A DNA stretch of 64,000 nt from an uncultured Planctomycetota bacterium (GCA_963737655.1 CAVTTN010000002.1:2272001-2336000), one strand, 5' to 3'. Shown: positions 48,487 through 58,285, counted from the stretch's first letter. Numbers and translations: made by a program. Notes: a model not told the origin generated them from the sequence alone.

Positions 48487-48882
48487 TCAGCCCTTCCGGT
48501 ACACGTCCTCGGGCCGAAACACCGGCTCTCCCTGGACTTCCAGCCCGCCGGAGCTATCGACCCGCCGGAAGAAGCACGACCGATACCCCTCGTGACACGC
48601 CCCGCCGACCTGATGGGCCCGGATCAGCAGGACATCGCCGTCACAGTCCACCCGGATCTCCTCAACGTGCTGGACGTGCCCCGAAGTCCCTCCCTTGTGC
48701 CACGACGATCGCCGAGACCGGGAATAAAAGTGGGTCTGGGCCGTCTCGACCGTCTTCAACACGGCCGGACGATCCATCCACGCCATCATCAGGACTTCGC
48801 CCGAACGGGAGTCCTGGACGATCGCCGGGATCAGTCCGTCCGCAGTCCATTTCAAAGCATCGAGGAAGGCGGGATCGGTCAT
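48487..48882 (-). CDS. hisI: phosphoribosyl-AMP cyclohydrolase
   Basis: GLIPAIVQD, YSRSR, WHKGGTSG and DCDGD...ACHEGYRSCF. Confidence 0.95.
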   Translation of the reverse strand: MTDPAFLDALKWTADGLIPAIVQDSRSGEVLMMAWMDRPAVLKTVETAQTHFYSRSRRSSWHKGGTSGHVQHVEEIRVDCDGDVLLIRAHQVGGACHEGYRSCFFRRVDSSGGLEVQGEPVFRPEDVYRKG

Positions 48883-48954
48883 CGCGTCGATTTCCTGGGC
48901 CGGGCTGGAGGGAGGGGCGGCGATGCGACGTCGAGACGCCCAGGGATCGCCCGA

Positions 48955-50280
48955 TCATGGCCCCACCCCTCGCCTTCGGGCGATTTCGGCGGCGAATTTC
49001 GAGGCCATTTCCTCGTCGCTGAGGACTCGCGATGACCATTCGGCCGCCGACAGGTCGGGTTCGGGGAGCGTCTCGGGGTCGAGCTTCGCCAGGTCCGCCA
49101 GGCCCATCCCGGCGATGTCCTCGGGGTCGATCGTGGACTCGTCCCGGACGGCCAGGCCGAGCCGCCTTCGGAGCCGGTCGAATGGGTAGCCCTGGTAAAG
49201 CGCGACCATCCTCGGCCGCTCGGCCAGCCCCTCGCGGAGGTTCACGACGGCCGTCAGCTTCGCCCGGAGGACCGGGTCCTCGGCCGAAGTCCGGGCCGCC
49301 CCGGCCGGAGACAGCCCGTCGAGGCCTCGCCTGGGGATCGTGATCCAGCGGTCCTCGTAATACGTCTCGATCGCCTGCCGCTCGCGGCCTTCCGACGGCT
49401 CGGCGCCTTCGGGCAGGCGGAAGAGGAAGACGGAGGCGTCGAGCAGGGGCAAGGGCAGGGGGGAGGAACGCTTCTGGAATTCGCCGGTCCCGTGGTGGGT
49501 CAGGACGGCTTCCACCTCTTCCAGGGATCGGCGGTCGGGGCTGGAAAGCCTCAGAAGCTTTGGAGTTGCGATGATCGACGCCACGACTCGGGCCGTCGGG
49601 CCATCGAGCAAGAGGGGGCGGTCGAGCCACTCGCCGACCCGGGCCTCGGTCACCGCCGGTCGGCCGGTGTTGGGATCGGCGGGCGGGGCGATCTCGCGGA
49701 CCGGGGCGAACCGGGAAAGCCAGGCGATCGGCTCGCCCCGATCCGGCGTCCAGGGGAGGGACAGGGAATAGTTCAGGTCGTCGGCGAGGTCTTCGGCCCC
49801 GGCCCCCTGGCGGAGGACCTCGGCCAGGGTCCAGGAGGTCACGGCCGCTTCGGGGAGGGCGACGGCCTCGGCCGAGACGGCGAGGTCCAGCGCCCCGACC
49901 GCCTCCGGGTTCCGGCCCGCCCAGGCCAGGCAGAGGGCGAGGTTGAACAGGGCCGCGCCGTCGGTTTCGTCCTCCATGACGAGGTCGGCGAAGGCGTCTG
50001 CGGCGCGGTCAAGGTCTTGCAGGTCCTTGCCTTCGAACGATTCGGCCCAGCGGTCGCGGGTTGCCTCGTCGGTCGGCGAGCGGAAGCGGTACGGGGCCCG
50101 GGCGGCCAGGGGGAGGTCGGGGGCCGAGGCGAGGACGTCCAGGGCTTCCCTGGCGGCCTGGTCCCCCGGGGCCTTCCGCAGGGCCTTCTGCCACGACGCC
50201 CACGCGGCGAGGGGCCTCTGGAGCTGGAGGTGCTCCCAGCCTCGGTGGACCAGGGACAGGGCATCGGCCGTCTCGGGCAT
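48955..50280 (-). CDS. TPR-containing protein, paralogous to the C-terminal two-thirds of the upstream SEC-C protein
   Basis: TPR-like helices (ALFNLALCLAWAG); WITIPRRGLDGLSP...FDRLRRRLGL. Confidence 0.75.
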   Translation of the reverse strand: MPETADALSLVHRGWEHLQLQRPLAAWASWQKALRKAPGDQAAREALDVLASAPDLPLAARAPYRFRSPTDEATRDRWAESFEGKDLQDLDRAADAFADLVMEDETDGAALFNLALCLAWAGRNPEAVGALDLAVSAEAVALPEAAVTSWTLAEVLRQGAGAEDLADDLNYSLSLPWTPDRGEPIAWLSRFAPVREIAPPADPNTGRPAVTEARVGEWLDRPLLLDGPTARVVASIIATPKLLRLSSPDRRSLEEVEAVLTHHGTGEFQKRSSPLPLPLLDASVFLFRLPEGAEPSEGRERQAIETYYEDRWITIPRRGLDGLSPAGAARTSAEDPVLRAKLTAVVNLREGLAERPRMVALYQGYPFDRLRRRLGLAVRDESTIDPEDIAGMGLADLAKLDPETLPEPDLSAAEWSSRVLSDEEMASKFAAEIARRRGVGP

Positions 50281-50334
50281 GGATGGGCCTTCAAGATTCG
50301 GTCGGCTTCGCCGCGAGATCGGGGGTTGCGCCGC

Positions 50335-52578
50335 TTAACGCCCCGGGATGATCAGTTTCGATTTCTCTCCGCCCGCGGCCGGCGGCGGCCCCGCGCCGGG
50401 CGTCCAGATCCCGCCTCCGGGGGCGCCCGAGGTCTCGCCTCCGGGCGTCCAGATGCCGCTGCCCTGGGTGGCCGAGACGCCGAGGCGGCCCGAGGCCGTG
50501 GTGATCTTGGGGCCATACTTGGCCAGGACCGATTGGAGAGGCCGGGTGTCCAGGAGCATCTGGTCGGGGTTGTCGGGGTTGGGGCGCATCTGGATCAGCC
50601 CCATGTCCAGCAAGTTGGAGAAGACCGGCGAGGGCATGGTCTGCGAGTCGCTGAACCGCTCCAGGAGGACGGCCAGCGCCGGGACCCACGACTCGGGCGA
50701 TTCGGTCCGCGAGCGGAGCCGGAGCTCGACGAATTCCCAGCGGAGCAGGTTGTTCGGGTCCGTGTCGCCGCTCCGGCCCTTGCGGACCCACTCGAACGCC
50801 TCGTCGCGGGCCTGGCGGCTCAGGGCGAGGTTGGCCAGGTCGCCAAAGACCAGGACCCGGTCGATCTCGCTGCCCCCGAGCAGGTGGGGGCGATCGGCCA
50901 GGGCCCGCCCCGCCCTCTCCATCGCCAGGGGCAGCACGTAGCTGTGCGACCGGAGGAACAGGATGATCAATTTCTGGTCGTCGAGCCGATCGGCCGGGAC
51001 TCGGTGCAACCGGCCGATGTGGAGGCGGTCGATGTCGACGGTTTCCGGGTCGATCTCGGGTTCGGGATCGATGCCCATCTCCCGGCGGAAGGCCGCGAAG
51101 TCGATCGCCCCTCGCCAGAACTCCTGGCCGAATTCGAACTGGCAGAGGGCGGCGCGGAGGGGGACCTGATAGGCCCGATCCCCGTTGACGTCCTTCGGGG
51201 TCTTGCCGTCGAGGTACGGGAGTCGGGTCCTGGGCCAGACTTCGCGGATGATCCGGGTGTGCTCGGCCTTGGTCAGGCGGTTGGACTCCTCGCGAGAGAC
51301 CCCGGCCGGGAGCCACATCTCCGACCTCATGGCCTCGCTCGACCTCTGGAGCCGCTCGATGACCTTGGTCTTCGGGTGGGCCGGGGGGATGGCGGGGGCG
51401 GCGAGGTCCACGAAACGGGCGCTGAGCCGGTCGAGGCGGCGATCCTCGGCGTCCAGGAGGTCCAGGGCGACCGTGTCGGCGTGGACGATCACCCGCGCGA
51501 CGACCTGGGGGAGCTCCTGGGGCGACTTGCCGGCCACGTCCGAGACCTTCGGCCGGTCGAGCATCGCGAAGAATTCGGCCTCGGGCGACTCGGGGTTCTC
51601 CGGGTTGGAGGGGCCCTTGCCCTCGGAGTCGATCGTCGGGTCGGCTTCGAGTTTCTTGAGGAGGGCGGCGCGGTCGCGGATCGGCCAGGTGAGCTGGACC
51701 CTCTCGACGCGATCGCCCCGGGCCGGAGGGGCGATGGTCTGGCAGAGGGCTTCCAGGTCGACGGCGTCCTCGGTCTCGCCGGCCTCGGCGATGTGGCGGC
51801 GGAGGGCCTCGGCGGCGGGCCCGTCCTCGGTCAGCCAGAGGCGGAGCAGCCCGAGGTTCTTGTCGGCCCCGGGGATGCGGTCGGCCGACAGGGTCTCGAA
51901 CGCGGAGGCGGCCGAGGCCCAGAGGCCCTCGCCGGCCCAGTCCAGGGCCTCCTGGAACCGCCGGAAGACGGCCGGGTCGGCCCCCTCGGGCGGGGGGGCG
52001 AGCTCGTAGGGGTTGCGGGTCCAGGCCGGCAGGCTCGGGTTCCTCTCGATCATCCGGACCGATTGCTCGATCAGCCCTTCCTCGGTCTCGCCGGAGAGGA
52101 ACTCGGCCAGGTGGAGGTGGGCCAGGGCGGCCGGGGCGTGCTCCTGCTCGACCAGGAGGACGCCGAGGACCTGCGCCGTCAGGCCCAGGGCCTCGCGGCG
52201 GTCGGGCTTCACGGCGGAGAGGGCGTCCTGGAGCGCGGCGACCCCGGCGGTGGCCCCTTCGAGCTCCAGGGTCAAGCGGGCGAGGAAGTTGCGCGCCCCG
52301 ACGTGGTCCGGCTTCTTCGTCAGGATCGCCCGGACGGCCTCGGCGGCCTCCTTCAGCTTGCCCGTCCGGCCCAGGATGATCGCCTTGCGGATCGACAGCC
52401 AGGGCTGGGCCGGGTCCTTGCGGAGGGCGTCGTCCAGGACGACCAGCGCCGCTTCCAGTTGCCCGGAGTCGGTCAGCCTGTGGGCTTTCTCGGCCGTCGC
52501 CTCGACCTTATGGCAGCACCACTTGTATTTCTCGCCGCTGCCGCACGGACAGGGGGCATAAGGTTCGATGACGGCCAT
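50335..52578 (-). CDS. SEC-C motif / TPR protein
   Basis: YAPCPCGSGEKYKWCCH, TPR helices, WPRTRLPYLDGKTP...FAAFRREMGI and a tail with GIWTPG x2 and SKLIIPGR. Confidence 0.85.
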   Translation of the reverse strand: MAVIEPYAPCPCGSGEKYKWCCHKVEATAEKAHRLTDSGQLEAALVVLDDALRKDPAQPWLSIRKAIILGRTGKLKEAAEAVRAILTKKPDHVGARNFLARLTLELEGATAGVAALQDALSAVKPDRREALGLTAQVLGVLLVEQEHAPAALAHLHLAEFLSGETEEGLIEQSVRMIERNPSLPAWTRNPYELAPPPEGADPAVFRRFQEALDWAGEGLWASAASAFETLSADRIPGADKNLGLLRLWLTEDGPAAEALRRHIAEAGETEDAVDLEALCQTIAPPARGDRVERVQLTWPIRDRAALLKKLEADPTIDSEGKGPSNPENPESPEAEFFAMLDRPKVSDVAGKSPQELPQVVARVIVHADTVALDLLDAEDRRLDRLSARFVDLAAPAIPPAHPKTKVIERLQRSSEAMRSEMWLPAGVSREESNRLTKAEHTRIIREVWPRTRLPYLDGKTPKDVNGDRAYQVPLRAALCQFEFGQEFWRGAIDFAAFRREMGIDPEPEIDPETVDIDRLHIGRLHRVPADRLDDQKLIILFLRSHSYVLPLAMERAGRALADRPHLLGGSEIDRVLVFGDLANLALSRQARDEAFEWVRKGRSGDTDPNNLLRWEFVELRLRSRTESPESWVPALAVLLERFSDSQTMPSPVFSNLLDMGLIQMRPNPDNPDQMLLDTRPLQSVLAKYGPKITTASGRLGVSATQGSGIWTPGGETSGAPGGGIWTPGAGPPPAAGGEKSKLIIPGR

Positions 52579-52724
52579 CGCAGGCTTCCTTCGCGCAGAG
52601 GGAGGTTGCCGCCCGAGGCGGAAGAAGTCAAAGTAGCAGAGCGGCAAGCCCCGCGCCAATTCCGCGAGCCGCGGGATGGCGCCGATGGGGCGGACGACCG
52701 CCCTCCCTCCCCCGAGAGACCGGC

Positions 52725-53531
52725 ATGCGATCCCCCTCCTTGCGACGCTTCGCGGCGGCCCTGACCCTGGCGGCCCTGGCCGTCTCGACCCTGACCCCCT
52801 CGGCCCTGGCCTGGGGCCGGATCGGCCACCGGGTCTCGGCCAAAGTGGCCGACGCCCGGCTCTCCCCGGCCGCCAGGGCCGCCGTCGCCGACCTCCTGGA
52901 GCCCGGCGAGACCCTGGCCGAAGCCTCGCTCTGGGCCGACATCGTCCGGCCCGACCGCAAGGAAACCGCCCCCTGGCATTACGTCAACGTCCCCTTCACC
53001 GAGGCGAAGTACGACGCAAAATATTGCCCCAAGGAGGGATGCGTCGTCGAGGCCATCGGCCGGATGAAGGCCACCTTGAAGGATTCGAGCGCCTCGAAGG
53101 TCCAGAAGCGCGAGGCCCTGCGGTTCCTCGCCCACTTCGTCCAGGACATGCACCAGCCCCTCCACGTCGGCCACCGCGACGACAAGGGCGGCAACCTCAC
53201 GCAGGTCCGCTGGTTCGATTCCGGGAGCAACCTCCACCGGGTCTGGGACTCGGGCATCATCGAGCAGTTCAGCGACGACGAGGCCGCCTGGCTCCGCGAC
53301 GTGAACGCCCTGGTCACCCCCGAATCGGCCGCGAAATGGTCCCAGGGGACCGTGGAAGACTGGGCGACCGAGAGCCTCGGCTATGCCAAAACGGCGTATC
53401 TCGACGGCAAGATCAAGTCCGGCGACAAGCTCGGCCAGGACTACGAGGACATGGCCCTGCCCATCGTCCGCCAGAGGATGGCCCAGGCCGGAGTCCGCCT
53501 GGCCATGATCCTCAACGAGATTTACCCCTGA
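52725..53531 (+). CDS. S1/P1 nuclease, secreted
   Basis: Signal peptide then WGRIGH, WAD, WHYVN, HFVQDMHQPLH, DKGGN and NLHRVWD. Confidence 0.93.
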   Translation: MRSPSLRRFAAALTLAALAVSTLTPSALAWGRIGHRVSAKVADARLSPAARAAVADLLEPGETLAEASLWADIVRPDRKETAPWHYVNVPFTEAKYDAKYCPKEGCVVEAIGRMKATLKDSSASKVQKREALRFLAHFVQDMHQPLHVGHRDDKGGNLTQVRWFDSGSNLHRVWDSGIIEQFSDDEAAWLRDVNALVTPESAAKWSQGTVEDWATESLGYAKTAYLDGKIKSGDKLGQDYEDMALPIVRQRMAQAGVRLAMILNEIYP

Positions 53532-53755
53532 GCCGACGAGTCGGCCCGTCGGGTCGGCACGGCCAGGATCGCCCGGAGCGACACCGCCACATACGCCAGG
53601 GCCAGAACCACGGCGGTATAGCCCGAATGCTGATGGGCCTTCACCAGGTCGGCCCGCCCTCCCAGGATCAACTGGCCCAGGACGAGCTGACCGGCGATCG
53701 CAATCGCCGTGACCGAGCCGAGGACGATCAGGACGGCCTTGAGCGTGGACGTCAT
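53522..53755 (-). CDS. small two-TM membrane protein
   Basis: Two hydrophobic helices flanking KAHQHSGY; GC3-rich codons. Confidence 0.7.
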   Translation of the reverse strand: MTSTLKAVLIVLGSVTAIAIAGQLVLGQLILGGRADLVKAHQHSGYTAVVLALAYVAVSLRAILAVPTRRADSSAQG

Positions 53756-53914
53756 CGAGGCGAAATCCTCTCTTCACGGGGCCAGAAACGAACCAGGGAC
53801 CGGGAGAGCATAGACGATCCGGCCCCGATCGTCACGATCCCCGGCCGGAACCTCCGATGGGCAAGGGCCTCCTTGACGGATCGCAATCGCGAAGCGTCGG
53901 CCGATCTCTTCCGC

Positions 53915-54091
53915 GGGTGCCCCCGGTTCCCGAACCGGGGCGGCGCTGCCGCAAGAGGCCGGGGACGCGTTCGGAGCCTGACCCCGCTCGCCTCTCGTCG
54001 CTTCGCGACCCAGGTTCGAAAACCGGGGGCACCCAGAATCCCAACGGTGTCGTCGCCATCGGGGCGCCCCCGGTCTCGAACCGGGGCACCC
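53915..54091. repeat. degenerate GGGTGCCCCCGGTT inverted-repeat element plus a solo unit
   Basis: gggtgcccccggttcccgaaccggggcggcgctgccgcaagaggc (53915) ... ggttcgaaaaccgggggcaccc (to 54034), then ggggcgcccccggtctcgaaccggggcaccc (54061-54091). Same family as 58380-58490. Confidence 0.8.
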
Positions 54092-54148
54092 GAACTTCGA
54101 GGACCAACGAAAACGCGTTTCCGACCCCGACAGACACGTTCATCATCG

Positions 54149-54178
54149 TTGACAATCCCGATCCTCTCCTCCTATTGT
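54149..54178 (+). promoter_or_regulatory. sigma70-type promoter upstream of gltX
   Basis: TTGACA, 18 bp spacer, TATTGT. Confidence 0.6.
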
Positions 54179-54238
54179 GGACGAGTTTCGCCCGGATAGC
54201 CGGAGCCGTTCACGGCCGACTTGCGCACGCCGGTCTTC

Positions 54239-54297
54239 GTAGGGCAGGCCTCGGCCTGCCGTCTTCGCGGATCTCGGCAGGCCGAGGCCTGCCCTAC
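54239..54297. repeat. GTAGGGCAGGC palindromic REP-like element
   Basis: gtagggcaggcctcggcctgccg-tcttcgcggatct-cggcaggccgaggcctgccctac, perfect 23-bp arms. Confidence 0.9.
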
Positions 54298-54358
54298 GGG
54301 TGCGCCATCCGATCGTGAACCGCTCTCGTTTCCTTCAACCCGAACTGAACCCCTCGCC

Positions 54359-55822
54359 ATGACCGTCCGAACCCGGTTCGCCCCCAGCCCCACCGGATTC
54401 CTCCATATTGGAGGGGTGCGGACCGCCCTGTTCAACTGGCTGCTCGCCCGCCATTCGGGGGGCCAGTTCCTCCTCCGAATCGACGACACCGACAAGGAAC
54501 GCCACGTCGAGGACGCCGTCCGCCTGATCCTCGACGGCTTCCGCTGGATGGGGATGGACTGGGACGAGGGCCCCGAGGTCGGAGGCCCCCACGCCCCCTA
54601 TTTCCAGGGCCAAAGAGGCGACAAGTACAAGGCCGCCGCCGACCGCCTCGTCGCCTCGGGGCACGTCTACCGCGACTACTCGACCGAGTCCGAACGCGCC
54701 GCCGAAAAGTTCGCCGCCGAGAAGGCCAAGGTCGCCTATCGCTACCGAGGGACGCCGCCAACCCCCGAGCAGATCGCCCAGTTTGACGCCGAGGCCCGCC
54801 CGTATGCCCTGAGATTCCAGGTCCCTCTGGGCCGGACCCTCGTGCTCGACGACCTGATCAAGGGGAAGGTCGAGCAGAGGACCAACGAGATCGGCGATTT
54901 CGTGATCGTGAGGCCCGACGGCTCCCCGCTCTACAACTTCGCGAGCGTGGTGGACGACGCCGAGATGGAGATCACCCACGTCGTCCGCGCCGAGGAGCAC
55001 CTGGCCAACACCTTCCCGCAATTGCTGGTGTTCGAGGCCCTGGGCTATCCGCTCCCCCAGTTCGCCCACGTCCCGTATGTGGCCGAGCCGGGGTCCAAGA
55101 AGAAGCTCTCGAAGCGGTTCGGGGCGGTCGGGCTCGACCATTTCATCGGCCTGGGCTACTTGCCCGAGGCGATGATGAATTACCTGTCCCGGCTGGGCTG
55201 GTCGCTCGACGCCTCGTCCGAAATCTTCTCGAAGGCCGATCTGATCGAGAAATTCTCGCTCGATCGCGTGAACAGCTCCCCCGCCAGCCACGACCCCGAC
55301 AAGCTATTCTGGCTCCAGGGCGAGTGGATGAAGGAGCTGCCGATCGAAAAGAAGGTCGAAGGGGTCCTGCCGTTCCTCGAAAAGGACGGGCTGATCTCCC
55401 CGCCGGTCTCGGCCGAGCTTCGGAGCAAGATCGAGAGCGTGATCCTCGCCCTGGGCGACCGCCTGAAGGTGTTTTCCGACATCCTCAAGCTCGGCCGCTA
55501 CTTCTTCACCGAGGAGATCGCCCACGACCCCGACGCGGTCAAGAAGAGGCTCCGCAAGGAGGGCGTCCCGGCCATGCTCGGCGAGCTCAGCGACCTCCTG
55601 GCCACGGTCGAGCCGTACGACGTCCCCACCCTGGAAAAGGCGGTCCACGACTTCGCCGAGACCCGAGGGATCAAGATGGGGGACGTGGTCAACCCGCTGA
55701 GGGTCGCCACGACGGGGCAAGGCGTCGGCCCCGGGCTGTACGACTGCCTGTTTTTGCTGGGCCGAGAATCGTGCCGATCGCGGATCGCGAAGACCCGGGA
55801 GATGCTCGAACAGGCTCCATGA
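54359..55822 (+). CDS. gltX: glutamate--tRNA ligase
   Basis: RTRFAPSPTGFLHIGG, LRIDDTD, YNFASVVDD, KLSKR and the C-terminal anticodon-binding domain (LRVATTG..GPGL). Confidence 0.95.
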   Translation: MTVRTRFAPSPTGFLHIGGVRTALFNWLLARHSGGQFLLRIDDTDKERHVEDAVRLILDGFRWMGMDWDEGPEVGGPHAPYFQGQRGDKYKAAADRLVASGHVYRDYSTESERAAEKFAAEKAKVAYRYRGTPPTPEQIAQFDAEARPYALRFQVPLGRTLVLDDLIKGKVEQRTNEIGDFVIVRPDGSPLYNFASVVDDAEMEITHVVRAEEHLANTFPQLLVFEALGYPLPQFAHVPYVAEPGSKKKLSKRFGAVGLDHFIGLGYLPEAMMNYLSRLGWSLDASSEIFSKADLIEKFSLDRVNSSPASHDPDKLFWLQGEWMKELPIEKKVEGVLPFLEKDGLISPPVSAELRSKIESVILALGDRLKVFSDILKLGRYFFTEEIAHDPDAVKKRLRKEGVPAMLGELSDLLATVEPYDVPTLEKAVHDFAETRGIKMGDVVNPLRVATTGQGVGPGLYDCLFLLGRESCRSRIAKTREMLEQAP

Positions 55823-55841
55823 GCGCCGAGGGACCGGACGC

Positions 55842-56348
55842 ATGAGGACGAAGACCCGTCGGCTCCTGCTCCTGACGACCCTGTTCGCCCTCCTGGCCCT
55901 CGCATTCGCGTCCCATGTCTATCTGGACCGAGGATTTCGCCTGACCCTGGAGAACCGAAGCTCGCGGACGCTGGAAAACCTCCGGTTCGTGCTCGAAGAC
56001 CAGGGCACGACGATCGAGGTGCCCCGCCTGGCGCCGGGCGAGACGGCCCGGGTCCGGTTCTCGAAGCGGAACCCCGAAGGCAGTGACCTCCTGATCGAGT
56101 TCGACTTGAAGGGGCGGCCCGGTCGCGATGAAGCCCGCCCCGTCGGGATGGGGCTCTTCGCCACTCTGGGGAAATCCGCGGACCTCCGACTGACGGACGT
56201 CCCCCTGAAGGACGGCCGGACGGGCGTCCGGATCGACGGATACTGGACCGAGGCCTTCGACGGCCGCCGATGGTTCCTGGACCTCCGCGGCGGAGGCTGG
56301 CCCGGCCGGAGGCCCTGGCCAACGACGATCCTGGACGAGGAGCCGTGA
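55842..56348 (+). CDS. hypothetical protein with N-terminal TM/signal and beta-rich domain
   Basis: RRLLLLTTLFALLALAFA then LTLENRS...VPRLAPGET. Confidence 0.6.
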   Translation: MRTKTRRLLLLTTLFALLALAFASHVYLDRGFRLTLENRSSRTLENLRFVLEDQGTTIEVPRLAPGETARVRFSKRNPEGSDLLIEFDLKGRPGRDEARPVGMGLFATLGKSADLRLTDVPLKDGRTGVRIDGYWTEAFDGRRWFLDLRGGGWPGRRPWPTTILDEEP

Positions 56349-56918
56349 AGCCTCGGGGGCCGAGTCGTGGCGGAAATCGGGACGGATCACGGCAACGACC
56401 CTCGGACACGACCCCTCGGGACCGGCACGCCCGGCCCCCGACGCAAATCCCCCTGCCCAGGACCATCGAGACCCCACCCCCCGGCCGATCACCCAATCCG
56501 AAAATCCGATCCCCGGGCCCGTCCGAAGCCGCGACACCACGATGTCAAAATCGGCCCTCCCCAGGCCCCGAAACCGTGCCACTTCCGGGCGTTTTTCGGC
56601 GCATCGCGTCCCGATGACCGATCGCCGCGAGTTGTTGGCGGGCCGGGGTTTGGGATTTTTGGATCCACGAATGAAAACTCGATCCATTGTGCTCTGGCAC
56701 GAGTGACTGTGCGCGGGTTTCCCCTGGAAAAACCGCCCTTCGGTGAGTTTTTCGACAGAAAGTGTCGTCAACTTCCGCGGGATCAACGATCGCGGGGATC
56801 TGATGAAAATGCAATCCTCGCACCCGAGTCCGGGTCGTCGGCGACCGTGCCCCCGACCGCGATCGTCCCGGCAGGTCATCCTCTCTTGTAAGTGTTCTCA
56901 TGAAAACGTCGATTCCTT

Positions 56919-56945
56919 TCGTTCCCACGTTCCGCGTGGGAACGA
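56919..56945. repeat. short palindrome TCGTTCCCACG-N5-CGTGGGAACGA
   Basis: Perfect 11-bp arms; resembles dispersed REP-like hairpins; single copy in this window. Confidence 0.55.
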
Positions 56946-57070
56946 GAGATGTTGATGTCAAAGCGGTGCGCAAGAACGGATCGTCATTTTATTATAAAAC
57001 TCAACATGCCCGCTCATTCCGTGGGCGTACGTTTTGGCGAACGGCAAAATAGGTTGCGGCGAAGTGGACC

Positions 57071-58285
57071 TTACAGGAACCGGATTTCCTCCTGGTGTTT
57101 TTGTTGCTTGTGATGTCTTCGTGCGAAGAAAAGGGCGATCGCGCCCAGGGACAGGAGGATGCCGATGAGCAATCCGATTCCCATGCGCTGTCGAAAGACC
57201 AACTTGCGCGTGTATGTGTCCGGGACCCTGACCGAGGGGAGTGCGGGGGCCGGGGCCTCTCGGTAGCCTGCCCAGAAGTTCGGGTCGGTGTCGGGGTGGC
57301 GGCCCGCCTTGAGTCGTTCGAGCATGAATTCGGTCCGGCTCCTCTGCCAGGCTTCGGCCTCGGCCCGAAGTCTCGGATAAGCCTGATCGAGATGCGAGGT
57401 TTCGATGAAGGTGGGCCCGAGGAGGTGGCGTTTCAGGTTCTCCCCCGTCGGCGCTCCGGGCAGGATTGAACACTTGCCGTCGTCGATCAGCTCGAAGCAT
57501 CGAAGGCGGGCGAGATAGGCCAGCGAGTTCCGCCCGCCGTCGCGGTCGGCGGAGAACCCCAGCGTGTCGTGCTGGAGGGCCAGGTCGAGCGCATGGAACA
57601 CATCGATGCTTTCCCAGGCATTGCCCAGGACGATCAGCCCGGCCAACCCCTTCACGGCGTCGTGGGCCACCTGGGGCTCGATCCGATAAGAAAACGTGTC
57701 GGTCGGCCATCCCACGAGGGTCGGCAGCCCATACGGACCCAACTCCGGCGGGGCGATGATCCACTCCAGCGCCTTCAACTGGTACTTTTCGCGGCCGAAG
57801 TGGGCTTCGGGGTTGATCTTGAGTGCCTCGGCGATCTCGTCGCGGGCCTGTTCCACCTCGGCGATCTTGGCCCGGTCCGAGCCTTGACGCGCCCATCGGT
57901 GGACCAGAAACGTGCCGAGATTCGCGTGATAGCGATACCATTGTTCCTTCACGGCCGGATCGGAGGCCGGGAGCGATTCGAGTTGCTCGCGTTTTCGCTT
58001 CATCCATTCGATCGCCTCGTCCCCCCGGCCCAGGCGGTCGCAGGCGACGCCGGCGTCGTCGTAGGCGGCGAGGTCTTCGGGTTCGCTCCGGAGATGCTGG
58101 GCGACCCGGGCGAGCCTCATCTCGTAGAACAGCGGCGGGTTCCTCGGGAACCGGCCGGTGATCACGGCGACGACCTCGGGCATCCCCTCCGCCTCCTCGG
58201 CCGGCGTGTCGCGGTCCCACAGGCAGGCGAGCACGGTCAGCGGCAGGCCGCCGACGAGGATCAGGATCATCAGGGCGCGTCTCAT
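57071..58285 (-). CDS. secreted, membrane-anchored TPR-like hypothetical protein (mature N-terminus CLWDRDT)
   Basis: Signal peptide, YDDAGVACDRLG, YRYHANLGTF, INPEAHFGREKYQ and a C-terminal TM followed by basic residues. Confidence 0.75.
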   Translation of the reverse strand: MRRALMILILVGGLPLTVLACLWDRDTPAEEAEGMPEVVAVITGRFPRNPPLFYEMRLARVAQHLRSEPEDLAAYDDAGVACDRLGRGDEAIEWMKRKREQLESLPASDPAVKEQWYRYHANLGTFLVHRWARQGSDRAKIAEVEQARDEIAEALKINPEAHFGREKYQLKALEWIIAPPELGPYGLPTLVGWPTDTFSYRIEPQVAHDAVKGLAGLIVLGNAWESIDVFHALDLALQHDTLGFSADRDGGRNSLAYLARLRCFELIDDGKCSILPGAPTGENLKRHLLGPTFIETSHLDQAYPRLRAEAEAWQRSRTEFMLERLKAGRHPDTDPNFWAGYREAPAPALPSVRVPDTYTRKLVFRQRMGIGLLIGILLSLGAIALFFARRHHKQQKHQEEIRFL

